A stretch of 63,656 bases of DNA, counting the filler. It is 4 parts of 4 records of this genome, joined end to end, with 100 filler letters (N's around TTAATTAATTAA, not from the genome) between each part and the next. Parts side by side here need not be neighbours in the genome. Positions count along the whole stretch, not along the records: positions 26,524 to 46,090 come from SRR9188677_156; 3 more parts are not named here. One strand, 5' to 3'. The translations under genes and the position numbers were made by a program. The notes below the pieces were generated by a model that saw only the letters and a list, made by a program, of their open reading frames with translations, was not told where the DNA came from and did no database searches. Shown piece after piece: positions 32,673-42,114 of this stretch; the first letter of the stretch is position 1; each line of letters opens with the position of its first letter.

Positions 32673-33496
32673 CCTGCTGGGACACGATCGGCGCCTACGC
32701 CTTCCGCAGCATCGGCTACGGCGAGCGGATGCTCCCGAAAGCCGACTTCACCCTATGCCAGCAATTCACCCTGATCGGGTCTGGCCTGATCTGGAACATC
32801 TACTACGGTGCGCTTGCACTTTTCACCGGCTTTTTCCTTGCCAATGCCCTCGCGCTGGCGAAATCGGCCCGCAGCCCATGGGTTCGCAAACCGGCGGACT
32901 GGTTCATCTTCACCTTCCGCGGCTCACCCTTGTTCATCCAGTTTTTCCTTGCATATCAGGCCTTTGTATTGCTGCCCAAAGGCGGGATCGACCTGCTTGG
33001 CATCACCGTCCATACCGACTGGCTTACCAAGGCATGGGCAGGGGCGCTGGTCGTGCTGTTCCTGAACACCGCCGCCTATTCCGCCGAAATCTTCTACGGC
33101 GCGCTGCGGTCCATCCCGCGCGGCGACATCGAGGCGGCCGATGCCTACGGGATCACCGGCTTCAAACGCTTCCGCCGCATCCTCTGGCCTACCATGCTGC
33201 GCCTCGGTTGGCCCGCCTATACCAACGAGGCGATCTTCCTGTTCCATGCCACGACGCTGGTGTTTTTTTCGTCCTTCCCGGCATTCCGCCAGCAGGGCGA
33301 TGCGCTCTATTACGCGGCCTATTTTGCGGACAAGACCTACAATCCCTTCATTCCCTACCCCATCGTCGGCTTCTACTTCATCTGCTTGACGCTGTTGCTG
33401 ACCTTCGCCTTCAACGCCGTGAACAAGCACCTGAACCGGCATCTGCCATCGAACCAGCGCGCAAGAATTCGCTTGCGTCCTCAACTCATCCGATAG
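32669..33496 (+). CDS. Amino-acid ABC transporter permease
   Basis: Start MTCWDT (ATGA overlap), FRGSPLFIQ, NTAAYSAEI and IEAADAYG. Confidence 0.9.
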   Translation: MTCWDTIGAYAFRSIGYGERMLPKADFTLCQQFTLIGSGLIWNIYYGALALFTGFFLANALALAKSARSPWVRKPADWFIFTFRGSPLFIQFFLAYQAFVLLPKGGIDLLGITVHTDWLTKAWAGALVVLFLNTAAYSAEIFYGALRSIPRGDIEAADAYGITGFKRFRRILWPTMLRLGWPAYTNEAIFLFHATTLVFFSSFPAFRQQGDALYYAAYFADKTYNPFIPYPIVGFYFICLTLLLTFAFNAVNKHLNRHLPSNQRARIRLRPQLIR

Positions 33497-33635
33497 TAGC
33501 CTACATTTGATCAAATTCCTCGGGCATCTGTGCCCGGGTCTGCCCAAAGGGCGGCATTGTGGCATGGGGCCGCATGGGAAGGGGATCGAAACACAAAGGG
33601 ACGGACCGGGGCCGGGCACATTGCTCCCCCGCCTG

Positions 33636-34985
33636 ATGAAAAAGATGATGAAGGATTGGCTGAGAAAGCATCCCGACGTGCGGACCATCCGCGTGGCGGC
33701 TGCGGATTTGAACGGGCAAGCGCGCGGCAAACGCGTGCCGGCGCGTTTTGCCGAAAACGTGGTCAAGAACGGGACGCGGTTCCCGTTCTCGGTGCTGAAC
33801 CTCGATATCTGGGGCGAAGATATCGATGACAGCCCGCTCGTCTTCGAACAGGGCGATCAAGATGGGGTGCTGAAACCCACGGAACGCGGGTTCATTCCGA
33901 TGCCGTGGCTTGAGGCACCTACGGCTATGCTGCCCATCTGGATGTTCCGCGAAAACGGCACCCCGTATGAGGGCGACCCGCGCCACGCGCTGCGCTCGGT
34001 CGTGGACAAGTTCAAGGAACGCGGATTGACCCCCGTCGTGGCGGTCGAGCTGGAGTTTTTCCTGATCGACGACAGCGGCAAGACCATGCAGGTTCCCGCC
34101 TCACCTCGCTCGGGCAAACGACGCAAGGCAGCCGAGACGTTGTCGATCCGCGCACTCGACGCTTTCGACACGTTCTTCACCGACCTTTACGACGCCTGCG
34201 AGGCGATGGATATTCCGGCCGACACCACCACTTCGGAAACCGGCCTCGGCCAGTTCGAAGTGAACCTGATGCATTGCGACGACGCGCTGCGCGCCGCCGA
34301 TGACGCCTGGTTCTTCAAGATGCTGGTAAAAGGCCTGGCCCGCCGCCACGGCTTTGCGGCCAGTTTCATGGCAAAGCCCTACCCGGAATATTCCGGCTCG
34401 GGGCTTCACACACATTTCAGTCTCTTGGACGAAGACGGCCGCAACGTCTTCGACAGTGGCGGCCCGAAAGGCACGGCCACGTTGCGTTCTGCCGTGGCCG
34501 GTTGCCTGAACGCCATGCACGACTCGGCACTGATCTTCGCACCGCACCAGAATAGCTTCGAACGGTTGGTGCCGGGCAAACATGCCCCCACCGCGATATG
34601 CTGGGGTTACGAGAACCGCACCGCAGCGATCCGCATTCCGGCAGGCAATCCCGGCGCCCGCCGGATCGAACACCGCGTCGCAGGCGGCGATGTAAACCCC
34701 TACCTGATGCTTGCCGCCATCCTCGGCGCGGCGCTCGACGGGATCACGCAGGCGATGGAGCCGCCTGCTCCGATCACCGGCAACGCCTATGCGGTCGAAG
34801 ATCTGGCTGAGATCCCGACGACCTGGGAAGATGCCATCGACGCGCTCGAACAAAGTTCGATCGTGCCGCGCTTCATCCATCCCGAGTTGATCAAGAACCT
34901 GATCCACACCAAACGTCAGGAACTGCACTACATAGGCGAGTTGACCGAAACCGAGCGGGTCGAGCTTTACCTCGACACCGTCTGA
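33636..34985 (+). CDS. Glutamine synthetase-family protein (putative gamma-glutamyl-amine ligase)
   Basis: DLNG.ARGK, ELEFFL, GQFEVN, FMAKP, GSGLH.H.S, WG.ENRT..IRIP and EHR..G.D.NPY. Confidence 0.9.
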   Translation: MKKMMKDWLRKHPDVRTIRVAAADLNGQARGKRVPARFAENVVKNGTRFPFSVLNLDIWGEDIDDSPLVFEQGDQDGVLKPTERGFIPMPWLEAPTAMLPIWMFRENGTPYEGDPRHALRSVVDKFKERGLTPVVAVELEFFLIDDSGKTMQVPASPRSGKRRKAAETLSIRALDAFDTFFTDLYDACEAMDIPADTTTSETGLGQFEVNLMHCDDALRAADDAWFFKMLVKGLARRHGFAASFMAKPYPEYSGSGLHTHFSLLDEDGRNVFDSGGPKGTATLRSAVAGCLNAMHDSALIFAPHQNSFERLVPGKHAPTAICWGYENRTAAIRIPAGNPGARRIEHRVAGGDVNPYLMLAAILGAALDGITQAMEPPAPITGNAYAVEDLAEIPTTWEDAIDALEQSSIVPRFIHPELIKNLIHTKRQELHYIGELTETERVELYLDTV

Positions 34986-34988
34986 CCC

Positions 34989-35095
34989 GGCCCAAGACTT
35001 TTCCTCAAAAAGTCTTGGGCCCCTTCCCCGCAAAATCTTCGTCGAAGATTTTGCGGGTATCGTCGGCGAAAAATCTTCTGGAAGATTTTTCGCCG
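34989..35095. repeat. Three adjacent related palindromes (REP-like cluster)
   Basis: Perfect stems of 14, 14 and 15 bp at 34989-35021, 35027-35057 and 35064-35095, sharing an AAAATCTT/AAGATTTT-like core. Confidence 0.85.
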
Positions 35096-35138
35096 GGGCG
35101 CACCTTGTCAGGGCCACAGCGCCTCTCTTACCTTGAAG

Positions 35139-35840
35139 ATGTCAAACGATGGACCGCCCATGCTGATCGGCATTCTGCAAACCGGCCTCGCGCCTGACAT
35201 GCTCGCCCCGGAAATGGGCGACTACCCCGATATGTTCGCGCGCCTTCTGGACGGCAACGGGTTCACGTTCCGCACATGGCGGGTGGTCGAAGGCGAATTC
35301 CCGGCTTCGGTCGAGGACGCCGATGGTTGGCTGATCACCGGCTCGCGCCACGGAGTCTATGAGGATCATGCGTGGATCGCCCCACTCGAAAGCTTCATCC
35401 GCGCCGCCTATGACGCGCATGTGCCTTTGGTCGGCATCTGTTTCGGCCACCAGATCGTAGCACAGGCGATGGGCGGCAAGGTCGAGCGCTATGCGGGCGG
35501 TTGGGCGGTCGGGGCGCAGGATTACGATTTCGACGGGGAAACATTGACTCTGAACGCCTGGCACCGCGATCAGGTTGTGGAAAAGCCCGCGAATGCCGCT
35601 GTCGTCGCCACGAATGATTTCTGTACCAACGCGGCCCTTGTCTATGACAATCGCGCCTTCACAATGCAGGCCCACCCCGAATTCCGCCCCGAATTCGTCG
35701 ACGGGTTGATGCAGACACGGGGCAAGGGCCTGGTGCCGGACGAGGTGATGGCGAAAGCCGCCACCCGCCTGTCGGACCCGCTGCAAGACAAGACCATCGC
35801 GGCCCGTATCGCCGCGTTCTTCAAGGAACCGCGCGGCTGA
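35139..35840 (+). CDS. Class I glutamine amidotransferase-like protein
   Basis: ITGS, GICFGHQ nucleophile elbow and QAHPEF; start 35139 or 35160. Confidence 0.9.
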   Translation: MSNDGPPMLIGILQTGLAPDMLAPEMGDYPDMFARLLDGNGFTFRTWRVVEGEFPASVEDADGWLITGSRHGVYEDHAWIAPLESFIRAAYDAHVPLVGICFGHQIVAQAMGGKVERYAGGWAVGAQDYDFDGETLTLNAWHRDQVVEKPANAAVVATNDFCTNAALVYDNRAFTMQAHPEFRPEFVDGLMQTRGKGLVPDEVMAKAATRLSDPLQDKTIAARIAAFFKEPRG

Positions 35841-35877
35841 TCCCGGCCTGCGGCACCCCAAACCATAGTGTGATCCC

Positions 35878-37233
35878 ATGTCGAACTGGACCGACAAACT
35901 GCCCGAAGCCGCCCGCGACTGGATCGCAGGCCGCCGTGTCGATGAAGTGGAATGCATCATCGGCGACATTGCCGGGGTGGCGCGGGGCAAGGCGATGCCT
36001 GCCTCGAAATTCGCCAAGCAAGCCAACTATTTCCTGCCCAATTCCATCTTCCTGCAGACAATCACGGGTGAATGGGCCGACAATCCGACCGGCGCCTTTA
36101 CCGAGCCGGACATGATCCTCGTGCCGGACTTCACCACCGCGACCGCTGCACCGTGGACAGCCGACGTCACCTTGCAGATCATCCACGACGCCGAAGACCA
36201 GCAGGGCAACCCGGTTCCCACCGCACCGCGCAATGTGCTCAAGCGCATCGTGGCGCTTTACAATGCCGAAGGCTGGCAGCCCATCGTCGCACCCGAGATG
36301 GAATTCTTCCTTGTCGCGCGCAACATCGACCCGAACATGCCGATCATCCCCCCGATGGGCCGCTCGGGCCGACGTGCTGCGGGCAAGCAGGCCTATTCCA
36401 TGTCGGCGGTCGACGAATACGGCAAGGTGATCGACGACATCTACGATTTCGCCGAAGCCCAAGGCTTCGAGATCGACGGCATCCTGCAGGAAGGCGGCGC
36501 GGGGCAGGTTGAAATCAACCTCGCACATGGCGACCCCGTGGCACTGGCCGACGAGATATTCTTCTTCAAACGCCTGATCCGCGAGGCCGCCCTGCGCCAC
36601 GACTGTTTCGCCACCTTCATGGCCAAACCGATCGAGGGCGAACCCGGATCGGCGATGCATATGCACCATTCCGTAGTCGACATCAAAACCGGCAAGAACA
36701 TCTTCTCCGACAAGAAGGGCGGCGAGACCCCCGCCTTTCTGCACTTTATCGCAGGAATGCAGACCCACCTTCCCGGTGCGGTGGCTCTGCTTGCGCCTTA
36801 CGTCAACAGTTACCGCCGCTACGTTCCTGACTTTGCCGCTCCCATCAACCTCGAATGGGGCCGCGACAACCGCACCACGGGCCTGCGCGTGCCGATCTCG
36901 CCACCCGAAGGGCGGCGGCTGGAAAACCGGCTTGCGGGAATGGATTGCAACCCCTACCTCGGAATTGCAGCCAGCCTCGCCTGCGGCTATCTGGGCCTCA
37001 AGGCGCAAAAGATGCCCAAGCCGGAATGCAAGGGCGATGCCTATATGAGCGAGACAGACCTGCCCTATAACCTTGGCGACGCGCTCGACCTGCTGGAAGA
37101 GGATGACGCGCTGCGCGAAATCCTCGGCGTGGAATTCTGCGAAGTCTACGACAGCGTGAAGCGCAACGAATACAAGGAATTCCTGCAAGTCATCAGCCCG
37201 TGGGAGCGGGAACACCTGCTTTTGAACGTATGA
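35878..37233 (+). CDS. Glutamine synthetase-family protein (PuuA/PauA-like)
   Basis: G.ARGK, PEMEFF, E.G.GQ.EIN, TFMAKP, GSAMH.H.S, WG.DNRT and ENR..G.D.NPY. Confidence 0.92.
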   Translation: MSNWTDKLPEAARDWIAGRRVDEVECIIGDIAGVARGKAMPASKFAKQANYFLPNSIFLQTITGEWADNPTGAFTEPDMILVPDFTTATAAPWTADVTLQIIHDAEDQQGNPVPTAPRNVLKRIVALYNAEGWQPIVAPEMEFFLVARNIDPNMPIIPPMGRSGRRAAGKQAYSMSAVDEYGKVIDDIYDFAEAQGFEIDGILQEGGAGQVEINLAHGDPVALADEIFFFKRLIREAALRHDCFATFMAKPIEGEPGSAMHMHHSVVDIKTGKNIFSDKKGGETPAFLHFIAGMQTHLPGAVALLAPYVNSYRRYVPDFAAPINLEWGRDNRTTGLRVPISPPEGRRLENRLAGMDCNPYLGIAASLACGYLGLKAQKMPKPECKGDAYMSETDLPYNLGDALDLLEEDDALREILGVEFCEVYDSVKRNEYKEFLQVISPWEREHLLLNV

Positions 37234-38531
37234 ACCTGCTTTATGCCAACGACAGGGCCGGAGACTATCCGGCCTCGTATTACGCGGCGACGCGGGTGGA
37301 TTTCGCGGCCCAACCCCCGCTGCAGGGTGACATGCGTGCCGATGTCTGCATCGTCGGCGCGGGTTACACCGGGCTTTCGGCCGCGCTCCACTTGGCGCAG
37401 CGCGGCTATTCGGTCGTGCTGCTCGAAGCGCATCGGGTCGGCTTTGGCGCGTCGGGGCGCAATGGCGGGCAGGTCGGGTCGGGCCAGCGCAACGATCAGG
37501 ACGATCTCGAACGCGTGGCGGGCCGTGAAAATGCCCGCCGCCTGTGGGATCTCGCCGAAGAGGCCAAGGCGCTGGTCAGATCGCTGATCGCCGACCACGA
37601 CATCCCGGCCCCCTTCCGCCCCGGCATCGCCCATGCCTGCTGGACGGGCGCCCAGGTCCGCCATGCCCATGCCTCTGCCGACCGCCTGCGCCGCGATTAC
37701 GGCTACGACCGGATCGAGCCGCTGGACCGTGACGCGATGGCCCGCCTGATCCCTTCGGGCGTGTTCAAAGGAGGCGCTGTCGACCGTGGCGCGGGGCATG
37801 TCCACCCGCTGAACTATGCCATCGGCCTCGCCCGTGCCGCCGCTTCTGCGGGAGCAACGATCCATGAACGCGCCGAGGTCATCCGCATCGATCACGGGGC
37901 GCGGCCCGTGGTGCATACCGCGGCAGGCAAAGTGACCTGCGACCATGTGATCCTTGCCGCCAACGGCTATCTGGGCGGGCTGGAGCCGCAGGTTGCCGCC
38001 CGCGTCATGCCGATCAACAACTTCATCCTCGCCACCGAACCCTTGGGCGAGCGTGCGGCACAGGTTCTGGCCGAACCCGTCGCAGTCGCCGATACACGCT
38101 TCGTGGTGAATTACTGGCGTCTTTCCGAGGACAACCGCCTCCTGTTCGGCGGCGGCGAAAGCTATGGCTGGCGCTTTCCCGACATCGTCAAGACGGTGCG
38201 CCCTGCCCTTCTCGACATCTATCCCGCCTTGCGCGATATCCGCTTCGATTATGCATGGGGCGGCACGCTGGCGATTACCATGACGCGCAACCCCTGCTTC
38301 CTGCGGGTCGCGCCAAACATCCTGTCAGCCTCGGGCTATTCCGGTCACGGCGTTGCGCTGGCCACCCTTGCCGGGCGCATCCTGTCGGAAGCGGTGGCCG
38401 GTCAGGCCGAACGCTTCGATCTCATGGCCTCGCTTCCGACCCCCCGCTTTCCGGGGGGAACTTCGTTCCGCTGGCCCATGCTGGTGCTTGCCATGACATG
38501 GTATTCGATGCGCGACAGGCTCGGGCTTTAG
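37230..38531 (+). CDS. FAD-dependent oxidoreductase (PuuB/DadA-like)
   Basis: Start MNLLYAND (ATGA overlap), GAGYTGLS, GASGRNGG and GYSGHGV. Confidence 0.9.
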   Translation: MNLLYANDRAGDYPASYYAATRVDFAAQPPLQGDMRADVCIVGAGYTGLSAALHLAQRGYSVVLLEAHRVGFGASGRNGGQVGSGQRNDQDDLERVAGRENARRLWDLAEEAKALVRSLIADHDIPAPFRPGIAHACWTGAQVRHAHASADRLRRDYGYDRIEPLDRDAMARLIPSGVFKGGAVDRGAGHVHPLNYAIGLARAAASAGATIHERAEVIRIDHGARPVVHTAAGKVTCDHVILAANGYLGGLEPQVAARVMPINNFILATEPLGERAAQVLAEPVAVADTRFVVNYWRLSEDNRLLFGGGESYGWRFPDIVKTVRPALLDIYPALRDIRFDYAWGGTLAITMTRNPCFLRVAPNILSASGYSGHGVALATLAGRILSEAVAGQAERFDLMASLPTPRFPGGTSFRWPMLVLAMTWYSMRDRLGL

Positions 38532-38632
38532 GCGGAAAAGCCCGCGACGGCCCCGGTCACGAACATGGCGCTGGAAATCTGCCACTTGAGGCTTTACACA
38601 AAATGCCAATATCAGTTTAAGGAAAGCTGTAC

Positions 38633-39832
38633 ATGGCACCCGACGGACAGGCACTCGGCCCGATCACCGCCCCCAATGTCTATGACGCCGACCCCATCCC
38701 CCAAGCAGCGCGGGCCGAGATCGACCGCCTGCTCTCCACGGGCGATCTGTTCCGCTACACCGCAGCCGAGGGCGCTCCCGTTGCCCTGCTCGAAGCCGAA
38801 TTCGCGGCGCTTCTCGGGTCGCGTTATGCGCTGGCGGTCTCATCCTGCTCGGCTGCACTTTTTCTGTCGCTCAAGGCGCTTGACCTGCCCCGTTCGGCGC
38901 GGGTCCTGATCCCTGCCTTTACCTTTGCCGCCGTGCCTTCGGCCGTGGTCCATGCCGATTGCACGCCCGTTCTGGTCGAGGTGGGCGACAATTACCGCAT
39001 CGATCTGGCGGATTTCGAAGGCAAACTCGACAGTGCGGCAGCCGTCCTCATCAGCCACATGCGCGGCCATACCAGCGACATGGACGCCATCATGGCGCTC
39101 TGCGATGCGCGCGGGATTCCGGTGGTCGAGGATGCGGCCCACAGCCTCGGCACGGTCTGGGGCGGAAGGAACATCGGCACGATGGGCAAGGTCGGCTGTT
39201 TCAGCTTCCAATCCTACAAACTGGTGAACGCGGGCGAAGGCGGGATCATGGTGACCGACGACCCCGAAATCGCTGCCCGCGCCATCATCATGTCGGGCGC
39301 CTACGAGGCGAACTGGAAGAAACATCCCGGTTTGCAGAACAGCTTCGGTCACTGGCAGAACAAACTGCCGCTTTATAACCTGCGGATGCAGAACCTGTCC
39401 GCCGCCGTCATCCGCCCGCAACTGCCCGAAATCGCAGGCCGCGTGGCGCAGGGGCGGGCAAATCACGACTGGGTGGCCGACCGTCTGAACGCTTGCCCGT
39501 GGCTGACAGTCCCCCCCGCCCTGCCGCCCGAGGAACGTGCCCCCGACTCGATCCAGTTCAACCTGACCGGCGACTGGACCGATGACGAAGCACGCGACTT
39601 TCAGGCCAATGCCAAGGCGCAAGGCGTCTCGGTCCAGATTTTCGGCCTGTCGGAAAACAACGCACGGGCCTATTGGAACTGGCAGTTCCTGCCCGATCTG
39701 CCCGACCTGCCCAAGACCCGCGCCATGCTGATGCGGGCCTGTGACGTGCGCTTGCCCGCACGGCTGACCGGACCGGAGCTCGACTACATCGCTACGGCGC
39801 TGGTCGACGCGGCCCGCACGGTCAAAGGCTAA
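38633..39832 (+). CDS. DegT/DnrJ/EryC1/StrS-family PLP aminotransferase
   Basis: PAFTF.A, VEDAAHSLG and FSFQSYK...GEGG. Confidence 0.9.
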   Translation: MAPDGQALGPITAPNVYDADPIPQAARAEIDRLLSTGDLFRYTAAEGAPVALLEAEFAALLGSRYALAVSSCSAALFLSLKALDLPRSARVLIPAFTFAAVPSAVVHADCTPVLVEVGDNYRIDLADFEGKLDSAAAVLISHMRGHTSDMDAIMALCDARGIPVVEDAAHSLGTVWGGRNIGTMGKVGCFSFQSYKLVNAGEGGIMVTDDPEIAARAIIMSGAYEANWKKHPGLQNSFGHWQNKLPLYNLRMQNLSAAVIRPQLPEIAGRVAQGRANHDWVADRLNACPWLTVPPALPPEERAPDSIQFNLTGDWTDDEARDFQANAKAQGVSVQIFGLSENNARAYWNWQFLPDLPDLPKTRAMLMRACDVRLPARLTGPELDYIATALVDAARTVKG

Positions 39833-40776
39833 AGCACCCGCAGCGACGGCGCGAGCCACGGCCAGTCGCGCAGCGCAGGCACGATCACCTGCGCTTGCAG
39901 TTGCGCTTTGAGTCCGGTCGCGATCTGTGCGGGAATGTCCTTGAGCACCCCTGCCCGCGCCGAAAGCGAAAGCGTCCGGTCCAGCGTGCCGAAGGGCAAG
40001 GGGCGCACCGTCACATCGGGGCGGAACCGTGCGGCGTGGTGCAGGGCAAGCGGGGTCAGGATGGTCCAGCCCGCGCCGCCCGCCACCATGGCCAGGATCG
40101 CGTTGTAACTGTCCAGTTCGAACCGCGTGGCAAGCCGTTGCCCGTTCCGCGCCAGATGCGCCGCGATCTGGCGGCCCATCAGATGCCGGGTGGTATACTG
40201 GATGAAGGGCAGATCGCCCGCTTCGCCCGATGCAGGCAGGATCGCGACAAAGGGTTCGGCCAGCAGCGGATGCACCTCGCGCCAGCCGGTATCGGCCCCC
40301 TCTGCCCCGCTGTCGGCCGCAACGACGACATCGAGCGCGCGGCTTTCAAGCTGTTCGACGAGCCGGTGACTTGCCCCTGTTTCCAGCAGGAAGCGGCAGC
40401 CTTTCAGCGTATCGGCCACGGCCCCGAGCAGACGGGGCGTCACCTCGGCGTCGAAATCCTCGATCATGCCAAGCCGCAGAGTCGTTAGGCCCGACAGATC
40501 GGCCATGGCAAGATCGGCCCGCGCCTCGGCCTCGGCGTTCAGGATGGTCTGGGCGTGGCGGCGGAACATCGCGCCCGCCGGTGTCATACCCATCGGGCGC
40601 GCGCCCCGGTCCAGAAGCAAAGCCCCAAGCGCCGCCTCGAGCGAGGCGAGCTGCTGGCTCACCGCCGACGGGCTGACGCCTAGACGCCGCGCTGCGGCAG
40701 AAATCGCGCCCTCGTCGGCTGCGGCGAGAAAGACCTCGATCCCCCAAAGGGTAACGCGCCCATGACCGTCAGACAT
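39829..40776 (-). CDS. LysR-family transcriptional regulator
   Basis: N-terminal HTH (AAARRLGVSPSAVSQQL..LE) and a substrate-binding domain. Confidence 0.92.
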   Translation of the reverse strand: MSDGHGRVTLWGIEVFLAAADEGAISAAARRLGVSPSAVSQQLASLEAALGALLLDRGARPMGMTPAGAMFRRHAQTILNAEAEARADLAMADLSGLTTLRLGMIEDFDAEVTPRLLGAVADTLKGCRFLLETGASHRLVEQLESRALDVVVAADSGAEGADTGWREVHPLLAEPFVAILPASGEAGDLPFIQYTTRHLMGRQIAAHLARNGQRLATRFELDSYNAILAMVAGGAGWTILTPLALHHAARFRPDVTVRPLPFGTLDRTLSLSARAGVLKDIPAQIATGLKAQLQAQVIVPALRDWPWLAPSLRVL

Positions 40777-40791
40777 CGGACGCCCCGCACG

Positions 40792-41355
40792 TTACAGTTT
40801 GGACAGTTTCTTTTGCAACTCAGCCAGTTGCCGCCTGATCTGGGCCAGCTCGTCAGCGTCGGGCGCGGGCGTCGCAGCATCATCCTCTTTCGCCGGACCC
40901 GTGCCACCCCATCCCGGCAGTCCACCCATGAAGGCCTTCATGAAGACTTCTTGCTGTTGGCGCATCGCCTCGAACCCCGGCATCGCGGCCATCGGATTGG
41001 GAATGGTGGTCAGATTTTCGAGCATCTTCGACTGTCCGTCGCGCAGCATCTCGAAACTGGCCGCAAGGAATTGCGGCACGACCGACTGCATCTCGGTGGT
41101 GTAAGAGCGGACAAGATCGGTCAGTACCCCGATGGGCAGAACGTTTTCGCCTTTGGATTCATGCTCGGCCACGATCTGCAAAAGGTATTGGCGCGTCAGG
41201 TCGTCGCCGGATTTGAGGTCGACGATCTGAACCTCGCGGCCCGCGCGTATGAAACCGGCGATGTCTTCCAGCGTTACGTAATCGGATGTCTCGGTGTTAT
41301 AAAGGCGGCGGCTTGCGTAGCGCTTGATCAAAAGCGGCTTCGTCGTATCGGCCAT
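40792..41355 (-). CDS. phaR: Polyhydroxyalkanoate synthesis repressor
   Basis: IKRYASRRLYNTETSDYVTL...GDDLTRQYLLQI; start MADTTKP. Confidence 0.95.
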   Translation of the reverse strand: MADTTKPLLIKRYASRRLYNTETSDYVTLEDIAGFIRAGREVQIVDLKSGDDLTRQYLLQIVAEHESKGENVLPIGVLTDLVRSYTTEMQSVVPQFLAASFEMLRDGQSKMLENLTTIPNPMAAMPGFEAMRQQQEVFMKAFMGGLPGWGGTGPAKEDDAATPAPDADELAQIRRQLAELQKKLSKL

Positions 41356-41398
41356 CGGCCAGCCCTCCCCGGCAATCGTCATTTCGCAGTCGCAATGG

Positions 41399-41409
41399 CT
41401 GCGCTGCAG
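41399..41409. promoter_or_regulatory. Putative PhaR box upstream of phaR
   Basis: CTGC-GCT-GCAG matches CTGC-N3-GCAG. Confidence 0.6.
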
Positions 41410-41505
41410 AGAAACCTTAAGACAGGGGATTCCAAAAAGAAAGGGCGGGCACAAGGCCCGCCCAAAGCGCCGATCAGACCGGGAGGAGGCCGATCAGGCG
41501 TAGTC

Positions 41506-41955
41506 TTACTTCGCAGCCGCAGCAGCTTTTTTCGCAGCGGTGGTCACGTCCGAGGTGGCTTTCTTGACGGCAGCGGTCGCGTCTTCCGAGATGTCCTTGC
41601 CGGCAGCCAGAACCAGTTCGACGGTTTCCATCTGCACTTTTTTCGCGACTTCGGCGAAAGCGGCCATGTTTTCAGCGGCCATTTCAGCAGCGGCCGAGGC
41701 GAAATCGGTAGCCGACTTGGTGTAGTCGGTCACTTCCGATTTGGCTTTCGACACGTCAGCCAGCTTGGCGAGGGTGTCCTTGGCCCATTTCGAGGTGATC
41801 TCGGTCGACTTTTCAGCAGCTTCGAGAGCGACTTTCGACAGCTTTTCAGCCATCGCAGCCTGCGTCTTGAACGCGTTCTGAAGGGCGGACTGGTCCACCG
41901 GGAACGAGGCCATCATGTCCTGCATGACTTTGGTGAAATCGGTGGGTTTGTTCAT
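41506..41955 (-). CDS. phaP: Phasin
   Basis: Ala/Lys-rich helical 149-aa protein between phaC and phaR. Confidence 0.9.
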   Translation of the reverse strand: MNKPTDFTKVMQDMMASFPVDQSALQNAFKTQAAMAEKLSKVALEAAEKSTEITSKWAKDTLAKLADVSKAKSEVTDYTKSATDFASAAAEMAAENMAAFAEVAKKVQMETVELVLAAGKDISEDATAAVKKATSDVTTAAKKAAAAAK

Positions 41956-42013
41956 GATTAGCTCCTGGCGTTTCGGGCATTGCCCGGGGGGTGCGTTTCC
42001 TTGAACATCATAT

Positions 42014-42055
42014 AAATGCTGCGGTGCAGCATTTCAAGTTTTTTCTGCACCGCAG
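42014..42055. promoter_or_regulatory. Two putative PhaR boxes upstream of phaP
   Basis: AAATGCTGC-GGT-GCAGCATTT (42014-42034) and CTGC-ACC-GCAG (42045-42055). Confidence 0.7.
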
Positions 42056-42114
42056 CATAAAGCTGTGAAGTCAAGACCGCCTGACGCAAATTCGTGCGCT
42101 GCATCAAGGTCTTG

